DNA of 64,000 nt. Origin: Patescibacteria group bacterium (GTDB lineage: Bacteria > Patescibacteriota > WWE3 > 2-01-FULL-39-13). Below the pieces are notes generated by a model that saw nothing but the letters and a program-made list of their open reading frames with translations, did not search any database and had not been told where the DNA came from. The stretch spans positions 2,452-66,451 of the forward strand of contig JASNYX010000001.1 of the NCBI GenBank assembly GCA_048499955.1, read 5' to 3'. The translations under genes and the position numbers were made by a program. Position 1 is the stretch's first letter. Each line of letters starts with the position of its first letter. Positions 10,350 to 20,284 of this stretch are shown piece by piece.

Positions 10350-10583
10350 TTATCTCACTGGATCATAACCGCCTTTTGACAAGGGATTGCATCTTAATAT
10401 TCTCCAGAAGCCTAAAAATGACCCTTTAAAAAGTCCGTACTTATCAATTGCCTCATATGTATACTGGGAACAATACGGCTCAAATTTACAAACCCTGATA
10501 CCTAAACCTTTTAGGATTCCTTGATCAAGCGACAGCCATTTTTGGTAGAAGCGTATTAATTTCAGAGCTAATATCTTTAGCAT
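10350..10583 (-). CDS. yidD: Membrane protein insertion efficiency factor YidD
   Basis: 77 aa; [10 protein letters not shown]...[10 protein letters not shown] matches the YidD (DUF37) signature. Confidence 0.85.
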   Translation of the reverse strand: MLKILALKLIRFYQKWLSLDQGILKGLGIRVCKFEPYCSQYTYEAIDKYGLFKGSFLGFWRILRCNPLSKGGYDPVR

Positions 10584-10878
10584 TGAGACTTATTTTACCA
10601 CTAAAACCTAAGAGGTTTTTCTTAGGAATAAACACATATCGACCATCAGGAAAATAGTTTAAATTCTCACGAATGGCTTCGGAAATTATTCTTTTCGCCT
10701 TACTTTTAATGACCGCCTTCTTATTGAACTTACTAGATACGATAATCCCAAATTGCTTGCCTCCCTCGGAATGTCTATATGACTTCACCATTAAGTTAGG
10801 AGTATAGAAAGTTTCACCGTTCTGCAAAACTGCCTTGAAGTTATATTTTCCTTTGAGACTAAATTTACGTTGCAACAA
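10525..10878 (-). CDS. rnpA: Ribonuclease P protein component
   Basis: 117-aa basic protein, [24 protein letters not shown] motif typical of RnpA; directly downstream of rpmH. Confidence 0.85.
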   Translation of the reverse strand: MLQRKFSLKGKYNFKAVLQNGETFYTPNLMVKSYRHSEGGKQFGIIVSSKFNKKAVIKSKAKRIISEAIRENLNYFPDGRYVFIPKKNLLGFSGKISLNAKDISSEINTLLPKMAVA

Positions 10879-10902
10879 GGTATTATCCTAGGAAGTTCTA
10901 TA

Positions 10903-11058
10903 TTAATCTTGACGGCCTCTATTAATGGCCAAACGTTTTCGTCCTTTATATCGGCGTCTTTTCAACACATTTCGGCCATCTTTTGAGGACATTCGTTTTA
11001 GGAAACCATGCTTTCTGTTTCCTTTTTTCTTTTTTGGTTGCCAGGTTCTTTTAGGCAT
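10903..11058 (-). CDS. rpmH: 50S ribosomal protein L34 (51 aa; not in the ORF track because it is under 60 aa)
   Basis: Manual minus-strand translation: [51 protein letters not shown], the L34 signature (KRT.QP...HGF..RM....GR.VL.RRR.KGRK.L); 25 nt upstream of rnpA. Confidence 0.85.
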   Translation of the reverse strand: MPKRTWQPKKKKGNRKHGFLKRMSSKDGRNVLKRRRYKGRKRLAINRGRQD

Positions 11059-11295
11059 AACGAGGGAATTTTAACACAAACTCAACGTTTTTCGTATGGG
11101 AAATTCAATAGATTCAGTTTAATTCAGATAATTTAGTTAATACCTCTAGAAGCTATCTGAAAACCTCAAGAATCCTCATAATTACAACGGATCTAAAAAG
11201 CTTTCCAAAATGAGCTTGAGGCACGGAAAAGTATCGAAAGGACAACGACATCCACCGAAACCGTTTCGAACTTTAGAAAGGTTTTAAGAAGAGTT

Positions 11296-13002
11296 CTAGT
11301 ACGATTCAAACTCAAAATCGTCAATACTTTTGAGGTACTTAACGTGATCTTCCCTAAAATGTTCGTATTTTTTCAGGTTACTACCATTCGTAGATATGAA
11401 ATCTGCGGCAAAATGAGCTCCGATATAGTGAGAAAGTACCACAACAGTAACTCCCGCAGAGTACAATTCAAGAGCATTTTTCATTGTATCCGAGATTACG
11501 ATAATGATCGCTTGGTCATTAATCTTTCTAACCGCCTGACTAATTAGCATGTTGGTTTCTAAATCAGGTATTGTCGAAACAATAAACTTAGAGCTTTTTA
11601 ATGGAAGTTCCCCCAAAAATTCAACATCGGAAGCATCTCCATATTCATAGAGGCCATTCGTGTTCTGTATTTTTCCCGTACAGTTGGGATTGTAATCAAC
11701 CACAAGAAATTTCATGCCTTTTTCCTTAAATAATCTTCCGAATTCCGGACCCGCCCGCTTATATCCGAAGATGATCGCCTCGAAATCTTCTTCCTCGCGT
11801 TTAACTACCTTTCCAACCTTACGAAATTCAAGGAGTGCGAGATACTTTCCAATATAAGAAAATATTTTTTCGGAATATAAGATTAAATATGTAGAACCTG
11901 CGATCGTGAATATTCCTACAAGGGTAATCATAGACAAAATCTCTCTCGATAAATGTCCTGAATCAAAACCAAGCTTTATCAATATAAGAGAAAACTCACT
12001 AATCTGAGCTACTGTAAGCCCGGCCATAAACCCTGTTTTTCTCGTATATCCCATTAGATTTAGAAGTATAAGAACAATAATTGGGTTACCAATAAGAATA
12101 AAAGTGGAAAAAAGAACTGTTGGCGCAAGCAGGGAACTCCAATTATCGAAAACCATTTGATATCCAAGAAGTATAAAAAATAGAGTAATAAAAAAATCTC
12201 GGAGTGGCTTCATTCTTGAGGATATCTCATTAGAATACGGCGTCATTGATAAAGTTACTCCCGCTACTAAAGCACCAATTTCTATAGATAAACCCAAAAT
12301 ATGATATAGCGAGGCAATCATCATTCCCCAAGCCAAAGAAGAAATAAATAAGAATTCCTGAGATTTAGCAAAAAATACCGTCATTCTGGAAAGAACGTGT
12401 GTCGAAAACATGAACAGAAACATTAATAGAAACAAACCTTGCATTAACAGAAACAACAAACTTAATACCGCATCAGTAGAAATTCCACCGTGAAAAGAAC
12501 TCAAGCTTGAAATACCAACTAAGATAATGGTTGCGATTAAATCCTGAACAAGAAGAAAACCAATAGATATTCGTCCATATAATTTATTAACATCGCCCTT
12601 ATCTGAAAGTAGTTTAAGAATGATTATTGTACTGCTGAAAGTAAGTGCAACCGCAATATATATAGATTCAAGCGTACTGAACCCCAATAAAATTCCCAGA
12701 ATATAACCGAATATTGAAGTGAATAATACCTGTCCTACTCCGGTTACGGTTGAAACTACCCCTAACTCTTTTAAAACCTTAGGGCTTAAACCCAAACCGA
12801 CAATGAACAACAATGCAGTTATTCCAAGTTTTGAGAATAATTCCACAACCTCTACAGAGGTTAAGATATTTAAAAAATACGGACCCACTAACAAGCCGGT
12901 GATAATGTACCCGATCACTAAAGGTTGTTTTAAAAACCTCATTACAATCGAAATAAGAAGTGCAACAAAAAGTATTAAGCTTATTTCCGTAAACTGTTCC
13001 AT
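11296..13002 (-). CDS. Kef-type monovalent cation:proton antiporter (CPA2) with C-terminal RCK/TrkA-N domain
   Basis: About 12 TM helices followed by Rossmann-like IIFGYKRAGPEFGRLFKEKGMKFLVVDYNP. Confidence 0.8.
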   Translation of the reverse strand: MEQFTEISLILFVALLISIVMRFLKQPLVIGYIITGLLVGPYFLNILTSVEVVELFSKLGITALLFIVGLGLSPKVLKELGVVSTVTGVGQVLFTSIFGYILGILLGFSTLESIYIAVALTFSSTIIILKLLSDKGDVNKLYGRISIGFLLVQDLIATIILVGISSLSSFHGGISTDAVLSLLFLLMQGLFLLMFLFMFSTHVLSRMTVFFAKSQEFLFISSLAWGMMIASLYHILGLSIEIGALVAGVTLSMTPYSNEISSRMKPLRDFFITLFFILLGYQMVFDNWSSLLAPTVLFSTFILIGNPIIVLILLNLMGYTRKTGFMAGLTVAQISEFSLILIKLGFDSGHLSREILSMITLVGIFTIAGSTYLILYSEKIFSYIGKYLALLEFRKVGKVVKREEEDFEAIIFGYKRAGPEFGRLFKEKGMKFLVVDYNPNCTGKIQNTNGLYEYGDASDVEFLGELPLKSSKFIVSTIPDLETNMLISQAVRKINDQAIIIVISDTMKNALELYSAGVTVVVLSHYIGAHFAADFISTNGSNLKKYEHFREDHVKYLKSIDDFEFESY

Positions 13003-13074
13003 TCTTTTTATTCTACATGAACATGTAACACAAAATCTCGAGTTTTCTTTCTATATACTTCGATTCGGGTAAGC

Positions 13075-13104
13075 TGTGGATAATTTGTAATTGACTGTGG
13101 ATAA
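13075..13104. promoter_or_regulatory. Two perfect DnaA boxes (TGTGGATAA = TTATCCACA) 12 nt apart in the dnaA upstream region
   Basis: tgtggataa at 13075-13083 and 13096-13104 read directly; 13-42 nt upstream of the dnaA ATG. Confidence 0.65.
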
Positions 13105-13116
13105 CTGACGCATACA

Positions 13117-14514
13117 ATGAAGTTTATGACCTCACCTGATCCTGATTTTATTTGGAACGAAGTAAAAGGCGAATTACAAAAAGTGACAAATCCGGCTCAC
13201 TACAAAGCTTATATTCCGGGAACTTTTATCAAGAAAATAGATGAAACAGATTACCTAATAGAAATAACCGCACCAAGCGAATTCCAACGAAATTTTATAG
13301 AAGATCGAATGTATGGCCACATAAAGGATTCAATTTCCAGACTAGTAGGCCCCAAGTACAGGTTAATGTTTAGCGTAACTAAAAAAGAACCGGCCCAAAT
13401 GAGTATTGATGATTTTGGCCCTTTATTCGAACAAAAACAGGAGCAAGAACTTAGTATCCAAAGCGTCAAGCAAGATGCAGGTTTAAATCCTCAATATACT
13501 TTTGAAAGATTTGTTGTCGGTAATCATAATCGTCTTGCCTATGCTGTATCTACAGCTATCGCAGAGAATCCCGGTAAAATTTATAACCCGTTCTTCTTAT
13601 ATTCAGGAGTTGGATTAGGTAAAACACATTTAGTTCAGGCAATCGGGCATAAAATTATTGAAAAACATCCGAATTTAAAAATTCTTTACAAAACAGGTGA
13701 GCAGTTTCTGAATGAAGTTGTAGATGCCATTCGGAAAAATAAAAATGGCCCCATGGATAACAGAAGAAATAATCTTAAAAAGATGTATAGAAATATAGAT
13801 GTCTTGATCGTCGATGATATACACTCGATAGCGGGAAAAGAATCCACACAGGAAGAGTTTTTCCATACATTTAATGCTTTATATATGTCTCAAAAGCAAA
13901 TTATCCTGACTTCAGATAGATCCCCTAAAGAAATAAAAACTTTAGAAGAAAGGTTATCTTCTAGATTTGCCAGTGGCATGATGGCAGATATACAAAAACC
14001 CGACATGGAAACACGTCTGGCCATTCTTAAAGATAGAAACGACGAACTACATTTGAATTTAAATGAGGATGTACTTGAGCATATAGCGGTAATGGTTGAT
14101 ACAAATATTAGGGAGCTGGAAGGGAAACTTCTTCAAACAGCTATCAGAGCCAAAAGTGAAGGAATGGAATTAAATAAAGAAAATGCAACTCAAATAATAG
14201 GCGAGATAGATAAAGCAAAAGGAAAACTTATAACTCCAAATCATATTATGCATGAGGTTTGCCAATTCTATAATGTAACTCAAAAAGAGTTAAAAGGAGC
14301 AAGAAGATTAAAAACAATCGTCGTTCCCAGACAGATATGTATGTATATGCTAAGAGATATCACCAAGATGGGTCTACAATCTATTGGTGAGATCCTAGGG
14401 AAAAAAGATCATACAACGGTTATTCATGCCTTACAAAAGATAGAATTGGAAATCAAAAAAAATTCTCGTGTATTCAAAGAAATAGAAACCATTAGATCCC
14501 GCTTATATCTTTAA
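13117..14514 (+). CDS. dnaA: Chromosomal replication initiator DnaA
   Basis: 465 aa; AAA+ Walker A GVGLGKTHL, Walker B LIVDDIH, C-terminal DNA-binding helix (ICMYMLRDITKMGLQSIGEILGKKDHTTVIHA). Confidence 0.95.
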   Translation: MKFMTSPDPDFIWNEVKGELQKVTNPAHYKAYIPGTFIKKIDETDYLIEITAPSEFQRNFIEDRMYGHIKDSISRLVGPKYRLMFSVTKKEPAQMSIDDFGPLFEQKQEQELSIQSVKQDAGLNPQYTFERFVVGNHNRLAYAVSTAIAENPGKIYNPFFLYSGVGLGKTHLVQAIGHKIIEKHPNLKILYKTGEQFLNEVVDAIRKNKNGPMDNRRNNLKKMYRNIDVLIVDDIHSIAGKESTQEEFFHTFNALYMSQKQIILTSDRSPKEIKTLEERLSSRFASGMMADIQKPDMETRLAILKDRNDELHLNLNEDVLEHIAVMVDTNIRELEGKLLQTAIRAKSEGMELNKENATQIIGEIDKAKGKLITPNHIMHEVCQFYNVTQKELKGARRLKTIVVPRQICMYMLRDITKMGLQSIGEILGKKDHTTVIHALQKIELEIKKNSRVFKEIETIRSRLYL

Positions 14515-14834
14515 ATTAACTTATAAATTTTCCACACCCTTTGTAGTTACTTTATGTATATATATTCAGTAGCAGTATTAGTAGGGGATGTGGATATGTT
14601 TATAACAATTAAATACATTTTAATATCAACATAATTAATATGACATGAATGTGTAAAAGTCGATTTTGCCTATAACAACGCCTATATAAATTCCCCTATT
14701 CAATAAAAACCTGCCGGATGAGCGTTTGTTCTTTCCACAGAATGTTAAAGTTCGGGTTAACTTCTGTTCATTAATTTCCACAGTTACCAACAAAGACCGA
14801 TAGCGTAATCCTATTTTACCAACATAAAGCAACT
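14515..14834. promoter_or_regulatory. Candidate oriC: AT-rich non-coding tract downstream of dnaA with at least four DnaA-box-like 9-mers and an AT-rich putative DNA-unwinding element (DUE)
   Basis: ttttccaca (14528-14536), tgtggatat (14589-14597), tttccacag (14732-14740), tttccacag (14775-14783), each one mismatch from TTATCCACA; AT-rich run 14600-14660; 320 nt without a credible ORF. Confidence 0.4.
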
Positions 14835-14948
14835 ATGGGGTATGGTTATGAAAAAGCCTGTAAAATAAGCACTATAATATGGGTATGTGTGAGGGAATTT
14901 AAATCTTGTTCTTATCAGGTTTATAAATTTGTTCGCATTTTTGCTAAA

Positions 14949-16310
14949 ATGTCTTTAATGGATATGAATCAAATTAACGCTTCTTCAGCTAACATGAGTC
15001 GGAATATTAAGCTTTTTATAATAATTTTTGCCGCAATTGTTTTTGTTTTTGGAATTGTAACCCTGGCTTTTAGGTTTTTTAATCCTGGTGCTGAATTGAT
15101 TCCGGGTCAGAAGACGACTCTTGAGTATTGGGGTTTATTTGAGTCGGAGCAAGTTATGATGCCACTAATTAAACAATATGAGGCAGAGAACCCCGATGTG
15201 AAAATTAACTACGTTGAGAAGTCATTTACAAACTTAGAAGAGTATAAACAAACATTGCTTGCGAGAGCTAAGTCAGGAACTTCTCCGGATATTTATCGAA
15301 TGCACGCTACTTGGTCTCCTAAGTTTTCCAATTATCTTGCTCCCGCCGGAGGGGTTTTGAGTGCACAATCCTTTACGGATAAATTTTATGATCCTGCAAG
15401 AGGGGCATGTGTAAATGAGGTTCAGGAGGTTAAATGTATTCCGCTAATGCATGATGGATTGGTGCTGGCTTATAACGTTGATATGTTTAGGGATTCCGGT
15501 GTTAGTCCGAATATACAATCCTGGGAGGATTTGAGATTGGCTGCTAAAAGGCTTTCCAGATATGAAGATGAAACCGAACGTGTTCTGTTACGTGCTGGGG
15601 TCGGTTTAGGTTCGATCGATAATGTAGACAATTTTTCTGATATTTTGATGATTATGTTTTATCAAAGCGGGATCAATAGATTTGAAGAATTTGCTTCAGA
15701 AAAGGCTCAATCTGCCTTTCGGTTTTATGCAAGCTTTGTAAAAGATGATTATATTTGGGACCACGCCTTCCCCAACTCCATAAATGCATTTGCTTCAGAA
15801 CGGTCTGCAATGGTTTTTGTAAAAACATCACAAATGCTAGATATCCTTGAGATAAATCCAACAATTAATATGGCGGTTCTCCCTGTTCCTCAATTACCTA
15901 AATTGGGTGGGGGTACAACTAGTGACTATTTGGCATCAATATGGGTTGAAACTGTTTCTTCGAATTCTTCTTCAAATAAAAAAGTTGAAGCGTGGAAATT
16001 TCTTGAATGGTTGAGTCGTCCGGAACAGCAGATTGCACGATTCAATGAATCCTCGTTATACAAAAAGTTTGGGGAAGCATACAGCCACAAGCAGTTGAGA
16101 AATAATTTGATTAACGCACCGCTTTTGGGGCCAGTAGTTAAAGTTGCTCCGGTATCTCGAATCTCTATTTTTGCTGATGGAATAGGAAACGATCAATATG
16201 TCAATTTATTAAAGGAGACTGCCGAAAAAATGACTACGTTAGGTGGGGGACAAGAGGACCTGATTTTAGAAGAATTTATTGAAGATTATAAGAAACTCCT
16301 GCAAGAATAA
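14949..16310 (+). CDS. ABC transporter extracellular solute-binding protein (family 1, sugar-type), N-terminal TM/signal anchor
   Basis: SBP-like sequence after a hydrophobic anchor (IIIFAAIVFVFGIVTLAF); the track ORF starts at 14835, but MSLMDM (14949) or MSRNIK (14994) are more plausible starts. Confidence 0.7.
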   Translation: MSLMDMNQINASSANMSRNIKLFIIIFAAIVFVFGIVTLAFRFFNPGAELIPGQKTTLEYWGLFESEQVMMPLIKQYEAENPDVKINYVEKSFTNLEEYKQTLLARAKSGTSPDIYRMHATWSPKFSNYLAPAGGVLSAQSFTDKFYDPARGACVNEVQEVKCIPLMHDGLVLAYNVDMFRDSGVSPNIQSWEDLRLAAKRLSRYEDETERVLLRAGVGLGSIDNVDNFSDILMIMFYQSGINRFEEFASEKAQSAFRFYASFVKDDYIWDHAFPNSINAFASERSAMVFVKTSQMLDILEINPTINMAVLPVPQLPKLGGGTTSDYLASIWVETVSSNSSSNKKVEAWKFLEWLSRPEQQIARFNESSLYKKFGEAYSHKQLRNNLINAPLLGPVVKVAPVSRISIFADGIGNDQYVNLLKETAEKMTTLGGGQEDLILEEFIEDYKKLLQE

Positions 16311-16312
16311 TT

Positions 16313-18631
16313 ATGGAAAAAACATATAATCCCGGTGATTCTGAAATCCGGATATACAATAAATGGCAGAGCTCTAATCTTTTTTCTCCCGAAGGCTTAG
16401 AAGCCATTCGTGAAAAATACGGCTTACATGCAAATGGCCAAACTTATTCTATTTTGATGCCACCTCCAAATGCGAATGCTGCTTTACACTGCGGCCATGC
16501 TACATATTCTTTGCAGGATCTAATGATCAGGTTTAAACGTATGCAAGGTTATGATGTTCTATATTTGCCTGGTACCGATCATGCAGGATTTGAAACCCAG
16601 GTCGTTTATGAACGTAAACTTAAATCAGAAGGAAAAAGTCGCTTTGATTTTGATAGAGAAACTTTCTTTAACGATGTTTTAAATTTTGTTAAGGATAATT
16701 CAACTTTGGCAATCGACCAATTAAAAAAATTAGGGATGAGTGCCGACTGGTCAAGAAACACATTTACTCTTGATCCTTATGTTGTTGATTTCGTATATGA
16801 CACATTTATAAAAATGTATAAAGACGGAATGGTGTACCGGGATGGCTATATGGTTAATTATTCAACCCATTATGGCACCACTTTCAGCGACTTAGAGGTA
16901 GATTATAAAGACACGATTTCTCCTCTTTATTATGTAAAGTATCTAATAAAAGAGATTCCCGATAAATACATTACTGTGGCTACAGTACGGCCCGAAACCA
17001 TATATGCGGATGTTGCAGTTGCTGTTAACCCTGCAGACAAAAGGTATAAACATCTCGTCGGGAAGACAGCTATTAACCCTTTAAACGGAAGAAACATCCC
17101 TATCATTGAAGATGAATACGTTGAAGTTGAATTTGGTACAGGTGCCTTAAAGATAACTCCCGGTCATGATCCAAATGATTATAAAATCGGCAAAAAGTAT
17201 AACCTTGATCTTATTTCTTTAATAAATTTGGATGGAAAAATGAACGAGCATGCAATCGAATGTGCAGGGTTATATCCATCGCAAGCCAGAAAGAAAGCGG
17301 CTGAGATATTGTCGGAAATGGGTGCGTTAGAAAAAGTGGATGAAAAATATCGAAATCGTGTTCTAGTGGATTACAAAGATGGGTTTCCGATAGAGCCCAT
17401 GATTTTGCCTAACTGGTTTATAAATATTGATGAGTTAGCTGATAAGGCAATGGAAGCCATTAATTCGGACCGGGTCAGATTTAATCTTCCTGAATGGAAG
17501 AGAGATATCAGCCGGTGGATAGTCGAAAAGAAGCCTTGGCCAGTAAGTCGTCAAACTGTTTTCGGTATTAGAATTCCGGTTTGGTACAGTGTTGAGCTCA
17601 ACCCCACCTTACAGATTACCTTCATTAACTCTAAAAAAGAAAATATTACGGGTAGTATTAAAAACCTCTTAGCTGAATACCCATTAAGTGAAATAAAAGA
17701 AGGGTTGCAGAAAGTATTTGCTACCGAAAATTCTATTTTTGAAGTTTCTAAGCTTGCTCCTGATGAAAACTTTCTTCCCGAGACTGATACTTTTGATACA
17801 TGGTTTAGTTCCGGCCAGTGGCCCTTTGTTACATTAATTGAAAAGAACTTGAAGAGCGCCTCTGCCGAAGGCTCAGATAGCTTAAACGAGAAATTAAAAG
17901 CGTCAAGTGATTTAAAAAAATATTTCCCTACTGATTTATTGGATTCGGGTTATGACATTATGTTTTTCTGGATTGCCAGAATGATTATGTTCAGTTTGTA
18001 TCTGACTGATGAAGTTCCATTTAAAATGGTTTACTTTCACGGAATGGTCACCGATAAAAAGGGTCAGAAAATGAGCAAAAGTAAGGGAAATGTTGTTAAC
18101 CCTCTCGAAATGGCTGAAAAATACGGGGCAGATTCCTTAAGGATGGGAATCATAGTGGGCGGGAATACCGAAGCCAGAGTGTCCCCTTTTGATGAAGAAA
18201 AAGTTCGTGGCTATCGGAATTTTGCCAATAAAATTTGGAACATGGGTAGATATTTAAATATGAAGATAGATGAGTCCAAGAACGTGCCGGTTTATTCCCC
18301 TGGGATTTCGACTAATTCCGATGACTTGGAAATAATTTCCAAGTTTAACAGTTTGGTTTCATACGTTACCGATCGTATTGAGAAACTTCAATTTAAGCAT
18401 TCAGGTGAGGCGGTTTATCACTTTATTTGGGATGACTTGGCTAACAATTATCTGGAGAAAATTAAAGATCGGAATGATTCTGAAGCTTTAAGTGTGTTTA
18501 GATATGTTTTTAGTGGATGTCTTAAGCTTTTGCATCCGTTTATGCCTTTCGTGACTGAAGCTGTCTGGGAAGAGGTTTCAGAAACGCCGGAAGTTCCCTT
18601 AATAGTTTCGGGCTGGCCTGAATCTGAGTAA
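16313..18631 (+). CDS. valS: Valyl-tRNA synthetase (compact 772-aa form)
   Basis: Class I motifs PPPNANAALHCGHA (HIGH-type), GTDHAGFETQ, DTWFSSGQWPF, KMSKSKGN; the pattern matches ValRS rather than IleRS/LeuRS. Confidence 0.8.
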   Translation: MEKTYNPGDSEIRIYNKWQSSNLFSPEGLEAIREKYGLHANGQTYSILMPPPNANAALHCGHATYSLQDLMIRFKRMQGYDVLYLPGTDHAGFETQVVYERKLKSEGKSRFDFDRETFFNDVLNFVKDNSTLAIDQLKKLGMSADWSRNTFTLDPYVVDFVYDTFIKMYKDGMVYRDGYMVNYSTHYGTTFSDLEVDYKDTISPLYYVKYLIKEIPDKYITVATVRPETIYADVAVAVNPADKRYKHLVGKTAINPLNGRNIPIIEDEYVEVEFGTGALKITPGHDPNDYKIGKKYNLDLISLINLDGKMNEHAIECAGLYPSQARKKAAEILSEMGALEKVDEKYRNRVLVDYKDGFPIEPMILPNWFINIDELADKAMEAINSDRVRFNLPEWKRDISRWIVEKKPWPVSRQTVFGIRIPVWYSVELNPTLQITFINSKKENITGSIKNLLAEYPLSEIKEGLQKVFATENSIFEVSKLAPDENFLPETDTFDTWFSSGQWPFVTLIEKNLKSASAEGSDSLNEKLKASSDLKKYFPTDLLDSGYDIMFFWIARMIMFSLYLTDEVPFKMVYFHGMVTDKKGQKMSKSKGNVVNPLEMAEKYGADSLRMGIIVGGNTEARVSPFDEEKVRGYRNFANKIWNMGRYLNMKIDESKNVPVYSPGISTNSDDLEIISKFNSLVSYVTDRIEKLQFKHSGEAVYHFIWDDLANNYLEKIKDRNDSEALSVFRYVFSGCLKLLHPFMPFVTEAVWEEVSETPEVPLIVSGWPESE

Positions 18632-18636
18632 TACTT

Positions 18637-19211
18637 ATGCCCCTAGACAGAAAGTACGTTTCAAGAGCTGGAGAAAAACTTGAATTCGGTTTGAATCATT
18701 TTGAAATAAACGTAGAAGGTTTAATTTGTGCTGATTTTGGAGCGAGCACAGGCGGTTTCACGGATTGCTTACTAAAGCACGGTGCTGCCAGAGTTTATGC
18801 AGTAGACACAGCTTATGGTGAACTCGATTGGGGATTACGCAACGATTCCAGAGTTATTGTATTAGAAAGAACCAACGTTCTTGACGTTTCGTTACCCGAG
18901 AATCCGGATTTTATATGTTCGGATTTAGGGTGGACCAGGCAGAAAGTATTTTTACCCAAAGCTTTATCCTTATTGAATCAACATGGTGTGCTTGATATCC
19001 CTAATTAAACCTCACTACGAGTCTCCCAAAAATATCTCCAAAAGGGCTTACTGAAACCTGAATATCTTGATGAAGTTCTAGGTGGTGTCTTGAAAGACAT
19101 AACCGATCTGACCTTAGATAATTATGACGTCAGTGAAATAATTGAATCACCTGTATTGGGTGACAAGGCTAAAAACAGGGAATTTCTGATAAAAATCCGT
19201 AAAAAATAAAT
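18637..19211 (+). pseudogene. tlyA: TlyA-family (FtsJ-like) rRNA 2'-O-methyltransferase interrupted by two frameshifts near 18990-19060
   Basis: Frame 1 gives the methyltransferase core (ADFGASTGGFTD...VYAVD) and stops at 19008. Frame 2 (about 18992-19056) reads ISLIKPHYESPKNISKR, the TlyA KPQFE motif. Frame 3 (19051-19211) reads LKPEYLDEVLGGVLKD...SPVLGDKAKNREFLIKIRKK*, the TlyA C-terminus. Confidence 0.5.
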
Positions 19212-19213
19212 TA

Positions 19214-19900
19214 TTATTCTTTATCGGAATCAGCTTTTTTAGATGTATCTTCCGGCTCGGAGACTTCTTTTGCGGTGATAACTCCTACATCGCTTACATC
19301 TGTTGGGCCATCTTCTGATTCTTCAAGTTGTTGTGCAAAATCAACTTTAACCACGACTTCTTCCATGTCAGTAAGGACTTCGACTTTGGAAGTATCAATC
19401 GGAAGGTCTGCCACGGTTAATACGGCTCCGACTTCTTTTAGTTGGCTTGCATCAGCTTCGAGTTCGTGAGGTATGTTTTGAGGAAGGCATCTAACTTCTA
19501 CATATGACAACACGGTGATCAGAATACCTTCGGCTGATTCTATCGGAGGGCATTTGTCTTCGTTTATGACTATCACGGGAACTTCAGCATCAATTTCTTG
19601 CTTCATATCTACCTCGAATAGACCAACGTGAATCGGCTCTAGGTTGAGAGGTTCAACCTGAACCTCAGATATTAGTATGTTCACGGCTTCCGCTTCATCG
19701 ATATTCAGCTTAATAAGAGTTGATTCTCCGGATTCCTTGTATACCTTTTTAAATTCTGAAAGATTTAGAGTCAGGTTTACAACCTCTTTTTCCCCTCTTG
19801 AAGAGCCTCTCGAAAACAATACTGCAGGTATATTACCTTTTCTTCTTAAGCTAGCTACTTTTTTTCCGTTCAGTTTTCTTTTTTGTGCAGATAGTTCCAT
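19214..19900 (-). CDS. rplY: Ribosomal protein L25/general stress protein Ctc with acidic C-terminal tail
   Basis: N-terminus MELSAQKRKLNGKKVASLRRKGNIPAVLF is the L25/Ctc signature; two-domain 228-aa length. Confidence 0.8.
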   Translation of the reverse strand: MELSAQKRKLNGKKVASLRRKGNIPAVLFSRGSSRGEKEVVNLTLNLSEFKKVYKESGESTLIKLNIDEAEAVNILISEVQVEPLNLEPIHVGLFEVDMKQEIDAEVPVIVINEDKCPPIESAEGILITVLSYVEVRCLPQNIPHELEADASQLKEVGAVLTVADLPIDTSKVEVLTDMEEVVVKVDFAQQLEESEDGPTDVSDVGVITAKEVSEPEDTSKKADSDKE

Positions 19901-20284
19901 ATATTCCTTTTTGTTTTTAAAACTTGCTTTAAATTACTGATGTCTTTCATTGATACCGGTTTTGCTTCCGGTTCCTTTATTAGGCTTTTCCGAAATTTTT
20001 CCGCTAAATCTTTTAATAATCTTTCATTTTTTGGTGCCATTTCTCGTTTCAGGTAAAGTTTGATTTTCTGACTTGCTATATGAAAACCAAGTTTTGTCCT
20101 GGGTATTTTCTATCAGATTCAATATTAAATATCTATATTAGAACACATTTCCTTACAAAAGCCTGACTTAACTGCAAAATTCTATCATCAAATTAGAGAT
20201 TTTGCTATATCGGCTTCAATCCGGTTTCATAGAGGGCAGTTTTTTAGTTCACTTTTCGCGAATTGTCGGTTCTGAGGGGGTATT

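Noticed and set aside
11344-13072. Plus-strand ORFs 11344-11547 and 12719-13072 opposite the Kef antiporter gene
   Set aside because: They are antisense to a convincing 568-aa transporter. The second runs across the DnaA-box leader of dnaA. No motifs were found. They are likely spurious
19902-20042. 47-codon minus-strand ORF (MAPKNERLLKDLAEKFRKSLIKEP...) overlapping the rplY start in another frame
   Set aside because: It is short, lacks an obvious RBS, and overlaps the rplY initiation region. This could be checked by comparing related genomes for conservation, but it is not supportable here
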